45,045 bases of DNA from an uncultured bacterium (lineage in GTDB: Bacteria; Bacillota_I; Bacilli_A; RF39; UBA660), in assembly GCA_949288335.1 (NCBI GenBank), contig CASEJU010000013.1, forward strand, positions 1 to 45,045, written 5' to 3'. Made by a program: the position numbers and the translations under genes. The notes beneath the pieces were generated by a model that was given only the letters and a program-made list of their open reading frames with translations, was not told the origin of the DNA and did not search any database. Numbering within the stretch: the first letter of the stretch is position 1; each line of letters opens with the position of its first letter. Positions 33,222 through 41,086 of the stretch are shown piece by piece.

Positions 33222-34616
33222 ATGTATGATGTTATTATAATTGGCGGTGGACCAGCCGGGTTATTTACGGCTTATAAACTTATAACCAATAACAAAAACT
33301 TAAAGATTTTAATGCTTGATCGTGGCCTTTTAGCACAAAAAAGAAAATGTCCTCTTAGTTTAAACAACACAAAATGTTTAAACTGTAATCCTTGCAGTAT
33401 TTTATCTGGGTATGGTGGTGCTGGAACTTTTTCTGATGGAAAACTTAACTTTACTCCTAAACTTGGTAAATCTGATTTATTTAAGTACGCATCCAAAGAT
33501 AAAGCATATGAATTAATAAATGAGGTAGAAGAAATATTAAATGGTTTTAAAATGGATTCTAAAACTTATCCTACTAACATGGATGAGGCATTACGTTTAA
33601 AAAGTAAGATTGCCAAAACGGGAGCTAATCTTATGATTATAAAGCAAAAACATTTGGGTTCTGATAAACTTCCTTTATACATAAAGAAAATAACTGATTT
33701 TCTTATCGAAAATGGAGTTGTGATAACTGAGGAGGCGGATGTTTTTGACGTAGAAAGCACGCTTAAAGATAGGCACGTTGTATCTTATAAAAGAAGAGGT
33801 AAAACCTATAAAAAAGAAAGTAAAAACGTTGTTATTGCACCTGGTAGAACTGGTGCTAAATGGGTGCAAAATCTGGCTGATTACTACAAGATACCATATG
33901 ATTCTAAAAGTATTGAAATAGGTGTTAGAGTAGAGGTTAGAAAAGAATTGTTAGATGATATATGCTCGGTAATATATGATCCTTCAATCTTTATTAAAAC
34001 TCCAACTTATGCTGATGAAATAAGAACGTTTTGTACTAATCCCGGTGGTTTTGTTGCAAAAGAAAATTATTACGGATATATATGCGTTAATGGGCATGCT
34101 CTAAAAGTTAAAAAGTCAAATAATAGTAATTTTGCTTTTATATCTAAGGTTAACTTAACTGAGCCGGTTACTAACACAAGACAATACGGGGAATCAATTG
34201 CTAAAATAGCAAACGTTTTAGGGGATGGAAAACCTATTATTCAAACCTTAAGAGATTTAAAACACGGACGAAGATCTACGATTTCTAGAATAAATAAAGG
34301 TTTTATATCACCAACGTTAAATGATTGTGTAGCAGGTGATTTAGCCCTTGTTTTACCACACCGAATAATAATAAATATTTTAGAAGGATTAGAAAAATTA
34401 GATGAGATAATACCTGGTGTTAATAACGATGAAACCCTTTTATATGGACCTGAAATAAAGTTTTTTAGTAATGAAATAACAACTAATAACAACATGAAAT
34501 TAAATAGTTATGACGTTTATTTTATAGGTGATGGTGCTGGTAAATCTGGTAACATCGTAACCGCTTGTGCAACTGGTTTAATAGCAGCTGATGATATTTT
34601 AAAAAGGTATAAATAA
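33222..34616 (+). CDS. FAD-dependent oxidoreductase (COG2509-like uncharacterised dehydrogenase)
   Basis: N-terminal YDVIIIGGGPAGLF dinucleotide-binding motif, a Cys cluster CPLSLNNTKCLNCNPCSILSGYGGAGTFSDGKLN, and a C-terminal GDGAG motif. Confidence 0.8.
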   Translation: MYDVIIIGGGPAGLFTAYKLITNNKNLKILMLDRGLLAQKRKCPLSLNNTKCLNCNPCSILSGYGGAGTFSDGKLNFTPKLGKSDLFKYASKDKAYELINEVEEILNGFKMDSKTYPTNMDEALRLKSKIAKTGANLMIIKQKHLGSDKLPLYIKKITDFLIENGVVITEEADVFDVESTLKDRHVVSYKRRGKTYKKESKNVVIAPGRTGAKWVQNLADYYKIPYDSKSIEIGVRVEVRKELLDDICSVIYDPSIFIKTPTYADEIRTFCTNPGGFVAKENYYGYICVNGHALKVKKSNNSNFAFISKVNLTEPVTNTRQYGESIAKIANVLGDGKPIIQTLRDLKHGRRSTISRINKGFISPTLNDCVAGDLALVLPHRIIINILEGLEKLDEIIPGVNNDETLLYGPEIKFFSNEITTNNNMKLNSYDVYFIGDGAGKSGNIVTACATGLIAADDILKRYK

Positions 34617-34619
34617 TAA

Positions 34620-34650
34620 AAAGTTTGGTATAAATTGCCAAACTTTTTTT
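34620..34650 (+). terminator. Rho-independent terminator
   Basis: aaagtttgg / ccaaacttt stem with a 9-nt loop, then a T7 run. Confidence 0.75.
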
Positions 34651-34657
34651 CATATTA
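34628..34657 (+). promoter_or_regulatory. Forespore SigG/SigF-type promoter of the spoVA operon
   Basis: GTATA (34628-34632), 18-nt spacer, CATATTA (34651-34657). This fits GHATR-N18-CATxHTA. The -35 lies in the loop of the upstream terminator. Confidence 0.55.
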
Positions 34658-34672
34658 ATACTGGTGATAAAA

Positions 34673-35113
34673 ATGAACAAGGAAAGTTATAAAAAGTTAA
34701 CAAGTAAGATTATTCCAAAAGAAAACAAAGTAAAAAATGGTATAATTTCTTTTTTCGTTGGAGGATTAATTGGCTTAATTGGTCAGATAATGGTATCCGT
34801 ACTTGAAAATAATTTTGATCTAGCTCATAAAGATGCAACATCAATAATGATTGTAATATTAATTTTTATTGCATCACTTTTAACCGCGATAGGTTTTTTT
34901 GATAATTTGGTTTCTAAGGCTAAAGCAGGTCTTATTGTTCCGATAACCGGGTTTGCTCACGCGATGACATCTTCCATGCTTGATTATAAAAAAGAGGGCT
35001 TTGTAACCGGAATAGGTGCTAATGCTTTTAAACTTACCGGTAGCGTAATTTTATATGGTGTTGTATCAGCTTATATATTTGGAACAATAAGATACTTATT
35101 TTTTGGAGGTTAA
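34673..35113 (+). CDS. spoVAC: Stage V sporulation protein AC
   Basis: Close similarity to B. subtilis SpoVAC (GLIVPITGFAHAMTSSMLDYKKEGFVTGIGANAFKLTGSVILYG). The start is ATG 34673, after SD ggtga. Confidence 0.92.
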   Translation: MNKESYKKLTSKIIPKENKVKNGIISFFVGGLIGLIGQIMVSVLENNFDLAHKDATSIMIVILIFIASLLTAIGFFDNLVSKAKAGLIVPITGFAHAMTSSMLDYKKEGFVTGIGANAFKLTGSVILYGVVSAYIFGTIRYLFFGG

Positions 35114-35116
35114 TAT

Positions 35117-36112
35117 ATGACGATAGAATTTAATAATGTTTATGTAAAAAGTGTATCAGCCGTAGCAGGACATGATGAAAAGGAAGGAACCTTTGGAAAA
35201 CTTTATGATAAAACTTATGATGATTATTATGCTAATGAAAAAACCTTTGAGCAAGCAGAAATTAAAATGATTGAAGATGCAAGTGATATAGCGCTTAAAA
35301 AAGCAAGTTATAAAATGGATGATATAAACTTTATAATTGGTTCAGACCTTCTTAACCAAATAACGGCAAACGCGTATTCATCAGTTAAGTTTAAAAGACC
35401 GTTTTTAGGTGTTTATAACGCTTGTGCAAGTTTATGTGAAGAATTTATAATAGCATCAAGTATGCTTCAAAACAAAGAGGTTAATAACGCTCTTTTAAAC
35501 ATCTCATCACATAATATGACGGCCGAAAGACAGTATCGAAATCCAGTTGAGTATGGATGCCCTAAACCTTTAAGGTCTACTTTTACGGTAACCGGGGCGG
35601 CATCATGCGTTTTAACAAAGGAAAAAACAGATATTAAAGTTACAAACGCAACCGTTGGAACACCAACTGATATGGGAATAACTGATCCTTATGACATGGG
35701 CTCGGTTATGGCACCTTCTGCTGCTGAAGTTTTATTTAGTCATTTAAAAAACACCAATACCAAGCCGGAAGACTATGACCTTATCCTAACTGGTGATTTA
35801 GGAGTTTATGGAAAACAAATATTAATAGAGTATTTTAAAAGTGCTTATGGTATTAACATTGAAGGTAATTTAGAGGACTCATCATCCATTATTTATGATA
35901 GAAAAAAGCAAACCAAGGTAAACGCCGGAGGATCAGGCCCGTGCTGCCTTGCCTTAGTTTTTTATACCGACATTTTAAACAGGATGAAAAAAGGAGAGTT
36001 AAAAAAGGTTTTGCTTATTGCAACCGGTGCTTTAATGAGTCCTACCATGAATAACCAAAAACTATCTATTCCTAGTGTTTCTCACGCGGTATGTTTGGAG
36101 GCGATTAAATGA
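35117..36112 (+). CDS. spoVAD: Stage V sporulation protein AD (thiolase-like fold)
   Basis: 331 aa with a typical SpoVAD N-terminus (...SVSAVAGHDEKEGTFGKLYDKTYDD). It sits between spoVAC and spoVAEb. Confidence 0.9.
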   Translation: MTIEFNNVYVKSVSAVAGHDEKEGTFGKLYDKTYDDYYANEKTFEQAEIKMIEDASDIALKKASYKMDDINFIIGSDLLNQITANAYSSVKFKRPFLGVYNACASLCEEFIIASSMLQNKEVNNALLNISSHNMTAERQYRNPVEYGCPKPLRSTFTVTGAASCVLTKEKTDIKVTNATVGTPTDMGITDPYDMGSVMAPSAAEVLFSHLKNTNTKPEDYDLILTGDLGVYGKQILIEYFKSAYGINIEGNLEDSSSIIYDRKKQTKVNAGGSGPCCLALVFYTDILNRMKKGELKKVLLIATGALMSPTMNNQKLSIPSVSHAVCLEAIK

Positions 36113-36459
36113 TATTTTTATATTCGTTTTTATTCTGCGGAGTAGTTTGTCTAATAGGACAGGTAATTTTAGATAACACCAAGCTTACCCCGGGACATGT
36201 TACAAGTATGTTTGTTGTTATTGGTGCTTTTTTAGATTCCTTTGGATTATATGATAAGTTTTTATCTTGGTTTGGAGCAGGAGCATCAGTTCCAATAACT
36301 TCTTTTGGACATTCTTTAATTCATGGCGCACTTGCAAAAGCTCATGAATCAGGCGTTTTAGGTTTACTTGCTGGTATGTTTAGTTTAACTTCCGTTGGAA
36401 TAGTTGCTGCAATCGTGTTTGGCTTTATATTAACCCTTATATTTAAAGCAAAAGACTAG
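36109..36459 (+). CDS. spoVAE: Stage V sporulation protein AEb
   Basis: 116-aa membrane protein paralogous to SpoVAC (GAGASVPITSFGHSLIHGA). It overlaps spoVAD by 4 nt. Confidence 0.9.
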   Translation: MIFLYSFLFCGVVCLIGQVILDNTKLTPGHVTSMFVVIGAFLDSFGLYDKFLSWFGAGASVPITSFGHSLIHGALAKAHESGVLGLLAGMFSLTSVGIVAAIVFGFILTLIFKAKD

Positions 36460-36506
36460 TCTTTTGTTTTTTTTTATGTTATTATTTCATATAGAGGAAA
36501 AGCACT

Positions 36507-39260
36507 ATGAAAGAATTAAACAATGATTTTAAAATACCTTTATTTGATAGTAAGATAAAATTTTATTTTTCTTTGCTTTTTATATCAATAAATGATTATG
36601 TTATTTTAACGAATTATTATGGAGATAACATAAACATATTTGATTATGAACATCATGATGATACTTATGATAAAGACGCGTTAAAATTACGCTTTGTTTT
36701 TGAAAACATAAAGTGGAACAATGATAAAATAGAACTAAAAGATAAGGTAATAATGAGGATGTTTTCTAAAGAAGAGATAGTAAGTTATTATGATAAATAT
36801 AGTCTTGTTAATGCTAATTTTAACGTTAGTGATCCAATTTCCCAAGAGCGTTTTTACATTTATATGTTACTAGAAAAAGTACGCGAGAAAAAAGAACTTG
36901 AGTATGGAACAATATATGAACTTTTTGATACGTTTAGTGATGAGGAAATACTAAATGCGGTTGCTAACCTTGATTTTGAGGATAAACGTACCTTTATTGA
37001 ACTTTTTGGCTTAAAAGGTGACATACCATTTGAGATAAATTCGAATGACCACGTAAAAAATGACATATTAATAAAGTTATACAGCTACATGCTTTTAAAA
37101 AGAGATGAGGCTGATATTTCGTCAATTATAAGAAACATAAAAGAAAAAAGTGCTTATGAATATAGTTTTTATGATTATATTAGGATGCTTTGCTCTGATA
37201 TGGATTTAAGTGATGAATTTATTTTTGAGATGTTTGTTAAGATGGATTATAATTCAAAAGAGCGTATTAAAGAAGTTTTTGGAGATAAACTAAATAAAAA
37301 AGTAAAACCTCCAAAAGATAAAGAATTTAAAAAAGTAACGGAAACGTTAAGCGTTATAGTTAAGGTAAATAAAGAATACCGTAAAAGAAAAGAAAGTATA
37401 AAGACAAACATAAAAAAAGTTGGATTAAATAATAAAACTGAAAATAAAGAAAAAACAAAAGAACAAAAAAAGGAACCAAAAGAAGAGGTAAAAGAAAAGA
37501 AAAGTAATTCAGAAGAAAATAAAAAGAAAAAAGAAGAAGTAAATAAAGGTGAAAATAAAAAACAAAAATTAAATGATTTTTTACTAGAAAATAACTTAGA
37601 TAAAAAAGATTTTGAAAAAGCATTATCATTATTAGATGGTTTAAATAAAAGTGTAATAGTACTTTATTATGGTGTTAAAAATAGTCCTTTAAATGTAGAA
37701 GGAATATCACAAAAACTTGGAAAACCATTAGAAGATATTTTAATTATTTTAAATAAAGCTGAAGAAAAAATTGTAAGTTTAATTAAAACTAGAAAAATAA
37801 ATAAATCTAAAAAAGAAGATAAGCAACCTAAAAAAGAAGAGGATAAAAAAGAAAAGATAAAAGCATCTGACAAATTATATAATATAATTCAAACCAGCAT
37901 GGTTGCATCATCAACTTTAGAAGCTGCGATGCTTACGCTTGATAATACGGAAAGAACCATTTTAAATGCTGTTTTACACGCAAAGGAAAACGCTTTAAAA
38001 GAAGTATCATTAAGTCTTAACATAAAAGAAGAGCAGGCAAAGGATATATATGAAAGTGCATCTTTAAAAATCATTTCTTTTTTAGAATTAGATAAAAAGG
38101 AAGAAAAAAAAGAAGAACAAATACCACCTAAAAAAGAAGAACAAATACCACCTGAAAAAGAAGAAAAACCAAAAGAAGAGCTAAAAGAAAGCGATAAGAA
38201 GAAAGAAAACTTAGGAAAAGCATCTTCACTTAATGAGTTTTTAAAAGAAACCGGTTTAACAAAAATGGAATTTTTTAATAGTTTTTCGAAGTTAGATGGT
38301 TTTAGTAAAAGCGTTTTAACAATGTATTTAGGTCTTAATGGTCACTTTTCATCTACTTTTGAAATAGCTAAAAAATACGGAAGAACAACAAAGGATATAG
38401 AACGCGTTATATCTTCTTCGAAGGATTTTATAGTAAAAGAATCAAATAAAGTAGACAAGATTAAATTAAATGACTTTCTTAATAAAAGCAAAATGAGTAT
38501 GGATGATTTTAAAGAGTCTTTAAAGAATGTATCTTCGTTAAATAAGAATTTATTAATGGATTATTTTGGTGTTGGCACAAAGGCCTTAGAAGTGGACGTA
38601 TTATCAAGAAAGTATGGTAAGACGCCAAAGGAAATTAATGCCATGGTAGGTGCAGCATTAAATGAGATATCAACTAAAAAAAGTAAGAAAAAGGATAATG
38701 ATTTGTCTGATAAATTGACTAAATTTTTAACCGTTAACAAAATAACAAAAGAACAATTCATGAGTGCTTTAGAGCATATTACACCAGAAGAGAAAATGAT
38801 GATTTCCATGTATTTTGGACTTAATGGTTTGCAGATGAGTATTCCTCAAATAGCGCTTAAAACAAAAACTAATTCAATTTTTATTAAAGAAAGTTTAGAA
38901 AAAGCGTTAAAGCAAATCAATTCTTTGGCAAAAAACAAAGATTTAGGTAAGAATACTAGGGAAGAAAAATATCAAAAAGTTAAAAGGCAGATTTTAAAAG
39001 CATCAAGTATATTATACCAAGATCCTTCGTTTATGATTTTCGTTGGAACTAATCCGCGGTTTTCAAATCTTTTATCAATAATTAACATGAATTTAAGCAT
39101 TGATGATGCAGCTAAATTTTTAAATGTTTCATCCGATGCATTAATTAATGATTTAATGTCACTTGAAGTTATGTGTGAAGAGTTTACGAAAAACGCATCA
39201 ACTAAAAATAGTAGTGGATTTCAAGATGAAGAGAATTTAAAAAGACAAAGAAGTATATAA
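36507..39260 (+). CDS. Large (917 aa) protein with at least five tandem sigma-70-region-4/YlxM-like HTH modules separated by K/E-rich linkers
   Basis: Repeated pattern: (K/S)L(N/T)xFL...(D/E)F...L...(K/E)xxxhxxY(F/L)G(L/V)xxxxxxxxxIxxKxGxxxxxIxxxxxxAxxxI. SD agagga precedes ATG 36507. Confidence 0.7.
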   Translation: MKELNNDFKIPLFDSKIKFYFSLLFISINDYVILTNYYGDNINIFDYEHHDDTYDKDALKLRFVFENIKWNNDKIELKDKVIMRMFSKEEIVSYYDKYSLVNANFNVSDPISQERFYIYMLLEKVREKKELEYGTIYELFDTFSDEEILNAVANLDFEDKRTFIELFGLKGDIPFEINSNDHVKNDILIKLYSYMLLKRDEADISSIIRNIKEKSAYEYSFYDYIRMLCSDMDLSDEFIFEMFVKMDYNSKERIKEVFGDKLNKKVKPPKDKEFKKVTETLSVIVKVNKEYRKRKESIKTNIKKVGLNNKTENKEKTKEQKKEPKEEVKEKKSNSEENKKKKEEVNKGENKKQKLNDFLLENNLDKKDFEKALSLLDGLNKSVIVLYYGVKNSPLNVEGISQKLGKPLEDILIILNKAEEKIVSLIKTRKINKSKKEDKQPKKEEDKKEKIKASDKLYNIIQTSMVASSTLEAAMLTLDNTERTILNAVLHAKENALKEVSLSLNIKEEQAKDIYESASLKIISFLELDKKEEKKEEQIPPKKEEQIPPEKEEKPKEELKESDKKKENLGKASSLNEFLKETGLTKMEFFNSFSKLDGFSKSVLTMYLGLNGHFSSTFEIAKKYGRTTKDIERVISSSKDFIVKESNKVDKIKLNDFLNKSKMSMDDFKESLKNVSSLNKNLLMDYFGVGTKALEVDVLSRKYGKTPKEINAMVGAALNEISTKKSKKKDNDLSDKLTKFLTVNKITKEQFMSALEHITPEEKMMISMYFGLNGLQMSIPQIALKTKTNSIFIKESLEKALKQINSLAKNKDLGKNTREEKYQKVKRQILKASSILYQDPSFMIFVGTNPRFSNLLSIINMNLSIDDAAKFLNVSSDALINDLMSLEVMCEEFTKNASTKNSSGFQDEENLKRQRSI
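37566..38930 (+). repeat. Array of divergent protein-level repeats (about 70-75 aa each) inside the 917-aa CDS
   Basis: Approximate module positions are 37566-37790, 37872-38088, 38226-38440, 38463-38680 and 38711-38927. Weaker copies lie upstream (about 36900-37030, 37160-37290) and downstream (about 39090-39180). Confidence 0.7.
38106..38153 (+). repeat. Perfect 24-bp tandem duplication (KKEEQIPP x2)
   Basis: aaaaaagaagaacaaataccacct occurs at 38106-38129 and again at 38130-38153. Confidence 0.95.
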
Positions 39261-39292
39261 TAAAAGGTATTAACGTAAAAAGTTAACACCTT

Positions 39293-40411
39293 TTATTTTT
39301 TTAAACTGCTTTGAAACTCATTATTAACATCGTAATTTGTTAGCAGCGAATAAACGCTATTTGCCTTAAAATCAATCTTAAATAAATTGTCATATTCTTT
39401 TTTATATTTTGTGATAATAGGAATATCAATTTCGTTTTTTATTTCCTTTAAGATGTTTTTCCCTTTACCACTAAAACCCAAAACTCTTAGATATTTTATT
39501 GTTAAATCATTGTCTTCTTTTTTTATTTTACAAACTATATGAAGAAGCATTCTTTGTATTTTATTATAAGAATATCTTTTTGACTTAACTTTTAAAATTA
39601 AATCATTCACATCTTTAGCATCATTTATTACCTTTTTTAACTTGTTTTCTATTCCCTCATCAACGTCTAGATAACAATTTAAGTTGGTGCTAGTTATGAT
39701 TTGATACTTTATAATGTAAAAATACTTATCATAATCTATCTTACTTAAGTATTTTATTACTTCTTTTGGCATTGCTTTAACTATTAATTTTTTATTTTCT
39801 ATGTTTTTTCTAATTGAGGTTGCACTAGTTATTTCTTTATTTATTTTTTCTTCATGATAATCGTTAGTTCTTTTTATACTTATTGGTTTTATTTTACTTT
39901 TTGTTTTTTTAATACATCTTACATATTCAAGTGCTAAAACATCGTTTGGCTTATTTATTGTTATTCCAGAAATTTCCTTAAGGGCAAGTGAACATGCTAA
40001 AGGATAATTAACACCTTTATCAACGTATTTTTTAACTAAGTTTTCATAATTGTCATCGTCAGTTAAGTTTACAACTTCTTCAAGCATCGTAACGTCGTTT
40101 GACTCCGAACCAAACACCAAGTAATCACATTTTAGGTAATTTAATATATCAATGGCGCCTTTGGCGTAGTATCCGGCGGACTGACATGAAAATAAAAAGG
40201 GAAGTTCTACTACTAAATCATAACCATAATTAAGCGCTATTTTAGTTTTGTCCCATTTATTTATAACGGATATTTCACCTCTTTGGGTAAAGTTTCCTAT
40301 TAATATTAATATTAAGCAAGCATCAGGAAACATTTGCTTTACCTTACTTAAATGATATACGTGCCCGTTATGAAATGGATTATATTCCGCAATTACACCA
40401 ACTTTAATCAT
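39293..40411 (-). CDS. tmcAL: YlbM/TmcAL-family nucleotidyltransferase (tRNA(Met) cytidine acetate ligase-like)
   Basis: The N-terminus VGVIAEYNPFHNGHVYHL and VVELPFLFSCQSA...LVFGSE match B. subtilis YlbM. 372 aa. Confidence 0.82.
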   Translation of the reverse strand: MIKVGVIAEYNPFHNGHVYHLSKVKQMFPDACLILILIGNFTQRGEISVINKWDKTKIALNYGYDLVVELPFLFSCQSAGYYAKGAIDILNYLKCDYLVFGSESNDVTMLEEVVNLTDDDNYENLVKKYVDKGVNYPLACSLALKEISGITINKPNDVLALEYVRCIKKTKSKIKPISIKRTNDYHEEKINKEITSATSIRKNIENKKLIVKAMPKEVIKYLSKIDYDKYFYIIKYQIITSTNLNCYLDVDEGIENKLKKVINDAKDVNDLILKVKSKRYSYNKIQRMLLHIVCKIKKEDNDLTIKYLRVLGFSGKGKNILKEIKNEIDIPIITKYKKEYDNLFKIDFKANSVYSLLTNYDVNNEFQSSLKK

Positions 40412-40760
40412 AAAACGCCTTCTTTCCTTTTTTATAATACCATATTTTAACTAAAAAACTAAATATTAAAAGTAGAATTATTTTAAATGCGCAAAATGTC
40501 TTTTTGCATTATATTTTAATATTTGTTAATTTGCTTATGGAACATTTATAGTTTGGTTGTCAGCCTCTTAATTCTTGAAAGGAATAGTAGGTGATGGATG
40601 AATGAAAAAACGAGTCTTTGTAATCAAAGTATTTTTGATTTATCACCATTATTTTATCACTTTATTAGTAATAAAAAATGACACCAGCTTTAAGCTAGTA
40701 TCAAGCTAAATTTTACACGTGTAATAACATATTTAAATGATTTTTTAAAGATGCAAAATA

Positions 40761-41015
40761 TTATTTAATTTTATTTTTATACATATTAAACATTTTAATT
40801 ATGGCATCATATGTTTTATCAGATACTTTCCCTTTTAAAGTACCTAGCACTTTTAAACCATCACCTTTATATACTTCCTGCCAGTTTTTCATGATGAAAT
40901 CATAAATAATTTTATCTTCACCTTGTTTTAGAGGCGTGTTATTTTTATTTGCAAAGTCATTTATGTCTTTTAATGATAATTTTTTTAAGTATTCTTTAAT
41001 TAAAACTTCATACAT
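40761..41015 (-). CDS. Small helical protein, possibly DUF2624 (YqfT-like)
   Basis: 84 aa. The pattern LSLKDINDFANKNNTPLKQGEDKIIYDFI ... VSDKTYDAIIKMFNMY resembles Bacillus YqfT-type proteins. This is a weak call from memory. Confidence 0.45.
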   Translation of the reverse strand: MYEVLIKEYLKKLSLKDINDFANKNNTPLKQGEDKIIYDFIMKNWQEVYKGDGLKVLGTLKGKVSDKTYDAIIKMFNMYKNKIK

Positions 41016-41042
41016 GTTTTTATCAGCTCCCGTTTATTATAT

Positions 41043-41072
41043 GCATTAAATAAGTTTTTAATTCGCATATTA
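41043..41072 (+). promoter_or_regulatory. Forespore-type (SigG/SigF-like) promoter candidate for the PBP gene
   Basis: GCATT (41043-41047), 18-nt spacer, CATATTA (41066-41072). Positions 41066-41083 are 17/18 identical to the spoVAC -10/SD cassette at 34651-34668. Confidence 0.4.
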
Positions 41073-41086
41073 ATAATGGTGATTTT

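Noticed and set aside
37380-37560. Highly repetitive A/G-rich DNA that might suggest a CRISPR or satellite array
   Set aside because: It lies in frame within the 917-aa ORF and encodes a K/E-rich low-complexity linker. There are no regularly spaced direct repeats with unique spacers. No CRISPR array exists anywhere in the window.
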